Source: a candidate division WOR-3 bacterium
Lineage (GTDB): Bacteria > Hydrothermota > Hydrothermia > LBFQ01 > DSFT01
NCBI GenBank assembly: GCA_965649115.1
Contig: CBFGJN010000040.1
Location: 1 to 18,061, forward strand
Direction: 5' to 3'
DNA length: 18,061 nt
Shown here: one piece after another, positions 1 to 7,280 of the stretch
Numbering within the stretch: the stretch's first letter is position 1
How the letters are laid out: every line of letters starts with the position of its first letter
Made by a program: the position numbers and the translations under genes
Notes under the pieces: model-generated
Seen by the model: only the letters and a program-made list of their open reading frames with translations
Told to the model about the DNA's origin: nothing
The model's database searches: none

Positions 1-51
1 CTTCCAAAGCTTGAAAATTTTAAAGGGTAATTTTTTTGAAACGAAATATGA

Positions 52-108
52 GCATTTTAGAGCCAAAGCTTTAAAAAATAAGTAATTTTAGAATTACTAG
101 ACACAGCA
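52..108 (+). repeat. Partial copy A of the MITE-like repeat (right end)
   Basis: GCATTTTAGAGCCAAAGCTTTAAA...TTTTAGAATTACTAGACACAGCA matches the hairpin-2 region and right end of copy B. Confidence 0.75.
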
Positions 109-136
109 ATAACTTAAATTTTTTAGACTTTAAAAT
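98..136 (+). promoter_or_regulatory. Putative leaderless promoter of atpA: TAGACA-N27-TAAAAT-N7-ATG
   Basis: Hexamers at 98-103 and 131-136; no Shine-Dalgarno before ATG 144. Confidence 0.65.
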
Positions 137-143
137 TTTCGCT

Positions 144-1943
144 ATGGCTGAAATTACAAGAATAGCTGGTGTTCTTGTTGTTGGAAAAGGATTAAGAGGA
201 GCAAGAATGAATGAGATTGTTAAGGTTGGAAAGGAAAAACTTGTAGGTGAAATAATAAGATTAAAAGGTGATACTGCTTATATTCAAGTTTATGAAGATA
301 CTTCAGGACTTTTCGTGGGTGAGCCAATTGAGAGAACAAATGAATCATTAGCAGTTGAACTTGGTCCTGGTTTACTTGGAAAAGCATTTGATGGAATACA
401 AAGACCATTAGATGTTATAATGAATAAAGTTGGTCCTTTCATAACAAGAGGTATAGATATTCCTGCACTTGATTATGAGAAAAAATGGTTTTTCAAACCA
501 ATTCTTAAAGTTGGTGATAAAGTTAAATTGGGTTATATAATTGGTGAGGTTCAAGAAACACCATCAATTGTCCATAAAATAATGATTCCACCAAATTTAA
601 AAGGTAAAACTGAACTATCAAAAGAGGATTTAGAAGAAACTTTTACAATTTTAGATATTAAGGAAGGTGAATTTACAGTAAAAGAAACAATAGCAATTAT
701 AAGAAGTGATATTGAAAAGAAAGATTATGAGATAAAACTTTCTCATAAATGGCCAGTAAGAATACCAAGACCTGTTATAAAGAAAGAACTGCCAATTATT
801 CCATTATTAACAGGCCAAAGAATTCTTGACACACTATTCCCAATTGCTCTTGGTGGAAATGCTGGTCTTCCTGGTGGTTTTGGAACTGGAAAAACGGTAA
901 CAGAACAAACTCTAGCAAAATATGCTCTCGTTGATGTTGTAGTATATATAGGTTGTGGTGAAAGAGGAAATGAAATGACAGAAGTTCTAACAGAATTTCC
1001 ACACCTTGAAGACCCTTCAAGGCCAGGAGCACCTCTAATGGACAGAACAATATTAGTTGTTAATACATCAAATATGCCCGTTGCTGCAAGAGAAGCATCT
1101 ATATACACAGGTATAACACTTGCGGAGTATTATAGAGATATGGGATATAATGTTTTACTTTTAGCTGACTCAACAAGTAGATGGGCTGAAGCATTAAGAG
1201 AATTATCTTCAAGACTTGAAGAAATGCCTGGAGAAGAAGGTTATCCAACTTATTTATCATCAAAATTAGCTGCGTTTTATGAAAGAACTGGAAGAGTTAA
1301 AACATTAAGTAATTTTGAAGGTTCTGTAACTGCTGTTGGAGCTGTATCTCCACAAGGTGGAGATTATTCAGAACCTGTAACCCAATCAACACTTAGAGTT
1401 GTAGGAGCATTTTGGGCACTTGATTCAAACTTAGCAAGAAGAAGACATTATCCTGCAATAAATTGGTTAAGAAGTTATACACTTTATTATCCATTAATTG
1501 AAAAATGGTACAAACAAAATGTAAATGAGAGATGGAGTGAGCTTAGAAACTTCATCAGCAGTATATTACAAAAAGAAGCAGAATTACAAGATATTGTTCA
1601 GTTAATAGGTCCTGATGCTTTACAAGAAATGGAAAGATTAATTCTTGAAATTGGAAAAATTATAAGACTTGGTTATTTACAACAAAACGCATTTAATCCT
1701 ATTGATGCAAGTTGTTCATTAAAAAAACAATTTTTAATGATGAAAGCAATTTACGATTTCTACAATATCCTTAAATCTGCTATTGAAAGTGAACTTATAT
1801 CTGCTGATGAAATTGAAAAATTGCCACAAGTTGAAAGAATTATAAGATTAAAGGAAGTAGAGGAGGACAAAGTAGAAGAAGAAATAAACAATATCCTAAA
1901 TTCTTTAAAAGAAGAACTAAATCAGAGGGAAAAAGCTGCTTAA
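144..1943 (+). CDS. atpA: V/A-type ATP synthase catalytic subunit A
   Basis: Walker [50 protein letters not shown] and [10 protein letters not shown] motifs; 599 aa including the V/A-type non-homologous region. Confidence 0.98.
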   Translation: MAEITRIAGVLVVGKGLRGARMNEIVKVGKEKLVGEIIRLKGDTAYIQVYEDTSGLFVGEPIERTNESLAVELGPGLLGKAFDGIQRPLDVIMNKVGPFITRGIDIPALDYEKKWFFKPILKVGDKVKLGYIIGEVQETPSIVHKIMIPPNLKGKTELSKEDLEETFTILDIKEGEFTVKETIAIIRSDIEKKDYEIKLSHKWPVRIPRPVIKKELPIIPLLTGQRILDTLFPIALGGNAGLPGGFGTGKTVTEQTLAKYALVDVVVYIGCGERGNEMTEVLTEFPHLEDPSRPGAPLMDRTILVVNTSNMPVAAREASIYTGITLAEYYRDMGYNVLLLADSTSRWAEALRELSSRLEEMPGEEGYPTYLSSKLAAFYERTGRVKTLSNFEGSVTAVGAVSPQGGDYSEPVTQSTLRVVGAFWALDSNLARRRHYPAINWLRSYTLYYPLIEKWYKQNVNERWSELRNFISSILQKEAELQDIVQLIGPDALQEMERLILEIGKIIRLGYLQQNAFNPIDASCSLKKQFLMMKAIYDFYNILKSAIESELISADEIEKLPQVERIIRLKEVEEDKVEEEINNILNSLKEELNQREKAA

Positions 1944-3597
1944 TATAATTCTTTCTCAAATACTAATAATTAAAGAAATAAATATCAACGGAAATAATTT
2001 TTTTAACAAAAAAGAAATTTTTGAAATACTAAAAATAAAAGAAAATTCAGAGTTTAGTAAAGTTAGACTAAAAAGTGCAATTTCAAGACTATATAGCAAG
2101 TACTATTCTTTCGGTTTTTTCAATGTTAAAATAAATTACAATTATGAGTTTTTGGAGATGGGAAATGTTGTTATAAGTATAAACATAGATGAAGGTAAAA
2201 GATTTTATATAAAGGAAATTCAATTTGAAGGAGACAGCTTATTAGATACTCTTATTCGCATTATCCCGAAAAAATTACCAATTGCTTATTCTGATGAATT
2301 TGTTAATAATTTTGAAAGTCAAGTTTATTACCTTTACTACAATAATGGATTTCCTTTTGTTAATATATTAAGAGATACCATTCTTGAAAGTGATAGTTTA
2401 ATAACGATTAAGGAGAAAATTAGTGCAGGTAAAAGGATAATAATAAAGCAAATAAAAATTGAAGGAAATAAAAAAGTAAGAGATGCTATATTTTTTAAAG
2501 AAATCACAATAAAAGTTCCAAGCTATTTTAACTATAATCAAATCATTCAATCAATTCAAAGAATATATTCTTTGAGGTTATTTAAAAGTGTAAATTATAA
2601 AATTGAAAATGATAGCATTTTAGTCTTTCAAGTGGTTGAATCACCTGAAAGATATTTAGAAACAAATTTTGGTTTTACATATCCTTACTTTTTAAATATC
2701 AGTTTTCTTATCGGACACTTAAATATATTTGGAAATGTCCAGAATTTAGAACTTATAACAAATGGACTTTTTAGTTGGACAGATAATAAAATTTTATTAA
2801 ATGATAGGTTAATTAGTTTAAATTTTAGAGAACGATATTTTCTTGATATGAAAAATTTATTTCTTAACTCAAATATCATTTATAGTAAAACAGGTCAAAT
2901 TGGGCAGATTGAAGACTACGGTAAAATTGAAGAAATTGGATTAAATGCTGAAATTTTAAGACAATTCTCAAATTACTTTTATAGTGCTTTTAGCATATTG
3001 TTAAAAAATAGTATAACGCTTGGATATGAAGATAGAAGAATTATATTAACATTATCTCAAAGAGTTGTTTATGATGATAGAAATAGCTATTTAGATGCTA
3101 CAAAAGGTTTTGTTTCAAGTTTTTCAATTTCAGAAGCTTTCATTCAAGCAAAATTTATAAAACTTAACGAATTGTATTCAAAGTACTTTTATAGTTTTGC
3201 ATTTAGGATAAGGATGGGTCAAATTTTTGGCAGTGATATTCCGTATTCTGAAAAATTCTTTCTTGGAGGTGAAGGAAGTGTTAGAGGTTATTTAAACAAT
3301 TCAATTGGAGAAACTTTTGATAACTTGCAACCTGCAAGTAATCATTATATAAATGGTAATTTTGAATATAGATGGAGATTTAGCGATTTTTTTGGAATTA
3401 CATTTTTTTATGATTTTGCTATCGTTTCAAACGAATTTATTAATTTAATAAGAAACAATGTTTATAGTGGCTATGGAATTGGATTTCGTTTTTATATTAA
3501 CTTTATACCCATCCGCTTTGATTTCGCGTTAAATCCAGATTCAAAAATTTTACCAAAAGATTTATTTATCTATTTTAGTATAGGACAAATGTTTTAG
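1936..3597 (+). CDS. Omp85 (BamA/TamA) family outer-membrane protein with POTRA domains; start extended upstream of the ORF-track call (2152) to a CTG
   Basis: POTRA-like repeats ([27 protein letters not shown]), [12 protein letters not shown] loop motif, C-terminal FSIGQMF. The frame is open from 1921 (TAA at 1918-1920); CTG at 1936 follows AGAGGGA at 1924-1930. Family is confident, exact start less so. Confidence 0.9.
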   Translation: MLNIILSQILIIKEININGNNFFNKKEIFEILKIKENSEFSKVRLKSAISRLYSKYYSFGFFNVKINYNYEFLEMGNVVISINIDEGKRFYIKEIQFEGDSLLDTLIRIIPKKLPIAYSDEFVNNFESQVYYLYYNNGFPFVNILRDTILESDSLITIKEKISAGKRIIIKQIKIEGNKKVRDAIFFKEITIKVPSYFNYNQIIQSIQRIYSLRLFKSVNYKIENDSILVFQVVESPERYLETNFGFTYPYFLNISFLIGHLNIFGNVQNLELITNGLFSWTDNKILLNDRLISLNFRERYFLDMKNLFLNSNIIYSKTGQIGQIEDYGKIEEIGLNAEILRQFSNYFYSAFSILLKNSITLGYEDRRIILTLSQRVVYDDRNSYLDATKGFVSSFSISEAFIQAKFIKLNELYSKYFYSFAFRIRMGQIFGSDIPYSEKFFLGGEGSVRGYLNNSIGETFDNLQPASNHYINGNFEYRWRFSDFFGITFFYDFAIVSNEFINLIRNNVYSGYGIGFRFYINFIPIRFDFALNPDSKILPKDLFIYFSIGQMF

Positions 3598-3616
3598 AAA
3601 TTTGTTTTAATGAACC

Positions 3617-3822
3617 TGCTTTGTCCAATAATTATTGTTAAGCGATTGATAATCAATAATTTATAAAATTTTTAAGGAAATTGTTGATTTATTGGGGGGA
3701 TTATTAGGGGGGCTTCGCCCCCCAAAAGCAAAAAACGGGTATTTTAAAGCCGAAGGCTTAAATTTAGGGTGGGTGGGGAAAATATAGAAATAATCATATT
3801 TTTAGAATTACTAGACAAAACA
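3617..3822. mobile_element. Intact MITE-like element (copy B, 206 bp)
   Basis: Terminal inverted repeats TGCTTTGTCCAATAATT (3617-3633) and AATTACTAGACAAAACA (3806-3822) match at 14/17. Flanked by the exact direct repeat TAATGAACC (3608-3616, 3823-3831). No coding capacity. Confidence 0.85.
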
Positions 3823-3850
3823 TAATGAACCTTATTTTTTGCTTTAAAAT
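3812..3850 (+). promoter_or_regulatory. Putative leaderless promoter of ptsH: TAGACA-N27-TAAAAT-N7-GTG
   Basis: Hexamers at 3812-3817 and 3845-3850; start fixed at 3858 by His15/Ser46 numbering. Confidence 0.65.
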
Positions 3851-3857
3851 TTTAGAA

Positions 3858-4127
3858 GTGTATTACAAAAGGGTAGTAATTGTTAATAAACTTGGAATCC
3901 ATGCAAGACCTGCTACAAAAATTTCGGAAATTGCAAATAAATTTAATTCTGAAATATATATAGAAAAAGATGGAATTTGTGCAAATGCCAAAAGTATCTT
4001 AGGGATATTGATGCTTGTTGCTCCTAAGGGAACTGAACTTATAATAAGAGCAGAAGGACCAGATGAAGTTGAAGCTGTTGAAAGCATAGCAAAACTCATA
4101 GAAGAAGGATTTGGTGAAGAAATATGA
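3858..4127 (+). CDS. ptsH: Phosphocarrier protein HPr
   Basis: GIHARPA and NAKSILG motifs. Starting at GTG 3858 places the phospho-His at residue 15 and the regulatory Ser at residue 46, the canonical numbering, so 3858 rather than 3825 is the start. Confidence 0.96.
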   Translation: MYYKRVVIVNKLGIHARPATKISEIANKFNSEIYIEKDGICANAKSILGILMLVAPKGTELIIRAEGPDEVEAVESIAKLIEEGFGEEI

Positions 4128-5650
4128 ACGAGAAAATAAAGAAATTGGAAGAATTGAAAAAGAAAGCATATGAAGGTGGAGGAAAAAGCAAAATCGAAGA
4201 ACAACACAAAAAAGGCAAATTAACAGCAAGAGAAAGATTAGAGATATTATTAGATGATTTTGATGAAGTGGATTTATTTGTTGTCCATCAAGCTCATGAT
4301 TTTGGAATTGATAAAAAGAAATTCTTAACAGATGGGGTAATAACGGGTTTTGGAATTATTGATGGTAGAAGAGTAGCAGTATTCTCACAAGATTTCACAA
4401 TATTTGGAGGGACAGTATCAAAAACAAATGCTCAAAAAATTGTAAAAATTATGCAAATGGCTCTTAAAGTTGGAATTCCTATAATAGGTTTAAATGATTC
4501 AGGAGGAGCAAGGATACAAGAAGGTGTATCAGCACTTGGAGGATATGGAGATATATTTCTACATAATGTTTTAGCAAGTGGTGTTGTTCCTCAAATATCA
4601 GCAATACTTGGACCTTGTGCAGGTGGAGCGGTTTATTCACCAGCCTTAACTGACTTTATATTTATGAAAAGAGAAACAAGCTATATGTTCATAACAGGTC
4701 CAGATGTTGTAAAAGCAGTAATGCACCAAGATGTAAGTTTTGAAGAGCTTGGAGGAGCAGATGTTCATGCAAGCATATCAGGAATAGCTCATTTTGTTTA
4801 TGATAAAGAAGAAGAATTATTATTATCAATTAGAAAACTTTTAACTTATTTACCTTCAAATAATTTAGAAAATCCACCTTTTGTTCAAACTGATGATGAT
4901 CCAAATCGTGAAATTCCCGAATTAGATGATATTATTCCAATAGAACCAACTGAACCATATGATGTAAAGGAAATTATTAAAAAAGTTTTAGATGAAGAGA
5001 CATTTTTTGAAGTTCAAGAAAATTTTGCTCAAAATATTGTAATTGGATTTGGAAGAATTGGAGGACATGTAGTAGGAATTGTAGCAAATCAACCTTTACA
5101 TTTATCAGGTGCATTAGATATTAAGGCATCTGTAAAAGCTTCAAGATTTGTTAGATTTTGTGATTGCTTCAACATACCAATTATAACATTTGTTGATGTT
5201 CCTGGATTTATGCCAGGTGTTGAGCAAGAACATGGTGGAATTATTAAGGAAGGAGCTAAATTGATTTTTGCTTATGCAGAAGCTACTATTCCAAAAATAA
5301 CAATTGTTTTAAGAAAAGCTTATGGAGGAGCTTATGATGTAATGGGAAGCAAGCATTTAAGAGCGGATATCAATTTAGCTTGGCCAAGTGCGGAAATAGC
5401 AGTTATGGGACCAGAAGGAGCAGTTAAAATTCTATATAAAAAGGAAATAGAAAAACTTGAAAATTTAAATGAGTTTATAAAAGAATATAGAGAAAAATTT
5501 GCTAATCCTTATTATGCTGCAAGTTTAGGATTTATAGATGATGTTATAAGACCTTCTAAAACAAGAAAAATTATTTACAATTATCTTCAACTTCTTGAAA
5601 ATAAAAGACAAACATTACCATATAAAAAACATTCAAACGAACCCCTGTGA
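4124..5650 (+). CDS. Acyl-CoA carboxyltransferase subunit (propionyl-CoA carboxylase beta / methylmalonyl-CoA decarboxylase alpha family)
   Basis: GKLTARER, DSGGARIQEG, GPCAGGAVYSPALTD, DVPGFMPG, RKAYGGAY and C-terminal KKHSNEPL; ATGA overlap with the HPr stop. Confidence 0.95.
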   Translation: MNEKIKKLEELKKKAYEGGGKSKIEEQHKKGKLTARERLEILLDDFDEVDLFVVHQAHDFGIDKKKFLTDGVITGFGIIDGRRVAVFSQDFTIFGGTVSKTNAQKIVKIMQMALKVGIPIIGLNDSGGARIQEGVSALGGYGDIFLHNVLASGVVPQISAILGPCAGGAVYSPALTDFIFMKRETSYMFITGPDVVKAVMHQDVSFEELGGADVHASISGIAHFVYDKEEELLLSIRKLLTYLPSNNLENPPFVQTDDDPNREIPELDDIIPIEPTEPYDVKEIIKKVLDEETFFEVQENFAQNIVIGFGRIGGHVVGIVANQPLHLSGALDIKASVKASRFVRFCDCFNIPIITFVDVPGFMPGVEQEHGGIIKEGAKLIFAYAEATIPKITIVLRKAYGGAYDVMGSKHLRADINLAWPSAEIAVMGPEGAVKILYKKEIEKLENLNEFIKEYREKFANPYYAASLGFIDDVIRPSKTRKIIYNYLQLLENKRQTLPYKKHSNEPL

Positions 5651-6744
5651 AAATTGCTATATTTTCTGAAAGTTTTCTACCCTTAAAAACAGGTGTTGCA
5701 AAATTCACATATGATTTATGCTATTACTTAAAGAAAAGAGGACATGATGTTATTTTGATAACAGGAGATTTTGGAATTAATTACAATTTTGATTTTGAGG
5801 TTGTAAGAATTGGAAAAATTTCAAAAATTTATGCTAATGGAAGTTGGACTTATTTTATATTACAAAATCCTATTTCTTTCTATGAGAATTTAAAGAAAGT
5901 TTTAAATTATTATAAAATTGAAATTTTTCATAATCAGGGACCTCTTGGACCACCATATTCTGTATTAAGTTCATTTTTTGCTAAAAAAATAAACAAAAAC
6001 ATAAAAACAATTGGAACATTTCACTCAAAACAAATGAAAATAACCACTAGCTTAAAGCTATATTCAAATTTTGTTAAAAAATTCATAAATTACAACGATA
6101 TTTTAACCGCTCCAAGTAAATCAACTGCTAATGAAATGAAATATATATTTAATGTAAATCCTATTGTAATTCCAAATGGTATAAATTTAGAAAAATTTAA
6201 TTGTAATTGTAAAAAATTTGAAGATAATTCATTTAAAATTTTGTATGTTGGAAGACTTGATTATAGAAAAGGTGTTGATATTCTTTTAAAGGCATTTGAA
6301 AAAATAAATAATGATAAATTTGAGCTTTGGATTGTAGGAAGTGGTCCTTATAAAAAAATTGTTCTTGAATACATTGAAAAATATAAAAATATAAAACTTT
6401 TTGAAAATGTTGAAGATGAAGAATTAGTTAATTTTTATAGTAATTGTGATATTTGTGTTTTTCCAACAAGAGGAGGTGAGGCTTTTGGCATTGTCTTGCT
6501 TGAAGCATTTGCTTGTGGTAAGCCTGTAATATGTTCAAACATAGATGGTTATAATGAGGTTGCTAATGAAGATTGTGCTTTATTTTTTAAGAATATGGAT
6601 TATGAAGATTTAGCAAACAAAATTCTTTTGTTATATAATAATAAAAATTTAAGAGAAAAACTTTCAAAAAACGCCCTTCAAAGAGCTAAAAATTTTGATT
6701 GGAACAAAATTGTTTTAGAATTTGAGAAGACATATCTTATATAA
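5647..6744 (+). CDS. Glycosyltransferase family 4 (GT-B, PimA/RfaB-like)
   Basis: MKIAIFSESFLP..GV N-terminus, VIPNGI, YVGRLDYRKG, and GGEAFGIVLLEA (EX7E motif); GTGA overlap with the upstream stop. Confidence 0.93.
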   Translation: MKIAIFSESFLPLKTGVAKFTYDLCYYLKKRGHDVILITGDFGINYNFDFEVVRIGKISKIYANGSWTYFILQNPISFYENLKKVLNYYKIEIFHNQGPLGPPYSVLSSFFAKKINKNIKTIGTFHSKQMKITTSLKLYSNFVKKFINYNDILTAPSKSTANEMKYIFNVNPIVIPNGINLEKFNCNCKKFEDNSFKILYVGRLDYRKGVDILLKAFEKINNDKFELWIVGSGPYKKIVLEYIEKYKNIKLFENVEDEELVNFYSNCDICVFPTRGGEAFGIVLLEAFACGKPVICSNIDGYNEVANEDCALFFKNMDYEDLANKILLLYNNKNLREKLSKNALQRAKNFDWNKIVLEFEKTYLI

Positions 6745-6844
6745 TTTTCTATATTTTGCTCACCCACCCTGAATTTAAGCCTTCCGCTTATAAATGCCCA
6801 TTTTTCGGCAGAGGGGGGCTTTGCCCCCTGAATTCCTCCATAAA
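6741..6844 (-). repeat. Internal fragment copy C of the MITE-like repeat, inverted, between convergent genes
   Basis: TTTCTATATTTTGCTCACCCACCCTGAATTTAAGCCTTCCGCTT...GGGGGGCTTTGCCCCC is the near reverse complement of 3690-3795. Confidence 0.85.
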
Positions 6845-6852
6845 GTCCATAT

Positions 6853-7279
6853 TCAGTCGTTTGGGTCAAGTGGAGGACAAGTACACTCGTAATAACAGGC
6901 TCCACTTGTACAACCTGCAAGGGGGCAGGTTATCCAATGATGACAATATCTTTCATAACTATAACAAGTCACAATGTACAGAGAGCAATGAGAACAACCC
7001 TTTTTTCAAAATTTTGAAATTGTTTATTTCTTTAACCTTACAAGATGCATTATTCAAAAATATTGAAAATTGATAGTTGTAGATTTTGTTTTTTGAGATA
7101 AAAGCAAGCGTATAAGACTCGTTATTTTTAGCAATAGTAAATAGGTCTTTATTTTCATGACTAAAAAGCTTATCTTCAATAAGATAAAACATTTATTTAT
7201 AAGTTGTACCTTGCAAAGACTTATTAAGGGGATTTACAAATAAACTGATTTGTGTGTAATAAAGTCCCCCAACCTCAAA
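6853..7279 (-). pseudogene. Interrupted ORF: 77-aa ORF (7192-6959) preceded by an in-frame stop and followed, after a +1 shift, by a 48-codon frame with 9 Cys
   Basis: Minus-strand translation of 6999-6853 gives GCSHCSLYIVTCYSYERYCHHWITCPLAGCTSGACYYECTCPPLDPND*. It joins the upstream ORF if one base is removed from the A6G3 run at 7006-6998. 28 further open codons precede the TAA next to ATG 7192. Confidence 0.45.
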
Positions 7280-7280
7280 A

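Noticed and set aside
14..25. Minus-strand CTTTAAAATTTT as a divergent promoter
   Set aside because: The downstream gene would be outside the window and the sequence also resembles an internal part of the repeat (about 3664-3676), so it cannot be decided.
870..1000. Intein in V/A-ATPase subunit A
   Set aside because: The protein is normal length and continuous through the P-loop region.
220..1108. Minus-strand ORFs 220-408, 743-1108 and 796-1050
   Set aside because: Antisense shadows of the highly conserved atpA gene with no recognisable motifs.
3707..3723. GC hairpin (and its relative at 6814-6828) as a Rho-independent terminator
   Set aside because: No U-tract follows the stem on either strand; it is part of the repeat.
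3694..3778. G-quadruplex in the repeat
   Set aside because: Only three closely spaced G-tracts, the other G-runs are distant or paired in hairpins, and other copies have fewer tracts.
3825..3857. ORF-track N-terminal extensions of HPr (3825) and the TIMP-like gene (14058)
   Set aside because: These ATGs lie in the target duplication or repeat, upstream of the -10 box, and HPr numbering fits 3858. The 14058 start is less firmly excluded.
2685..4229. Minus-strand ORFs 2685-2879, 3863-4207 and 3999-4229
   Set aside because: Antisense to confident genes.
7004..7030. TGA before the Cys-rich frame as selenocysteine or a recoded stop
   Set aside because: A TAA lies a few codons further upstream in the same frame with no start between, and TGA is used as a normal stop in several genes here.
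6678..7073. ORFs 6678-6920 (-) and 6756-7073 (+)
   Set aside because: They run through repeat copy C and overlap other frames; no protein-like signature.
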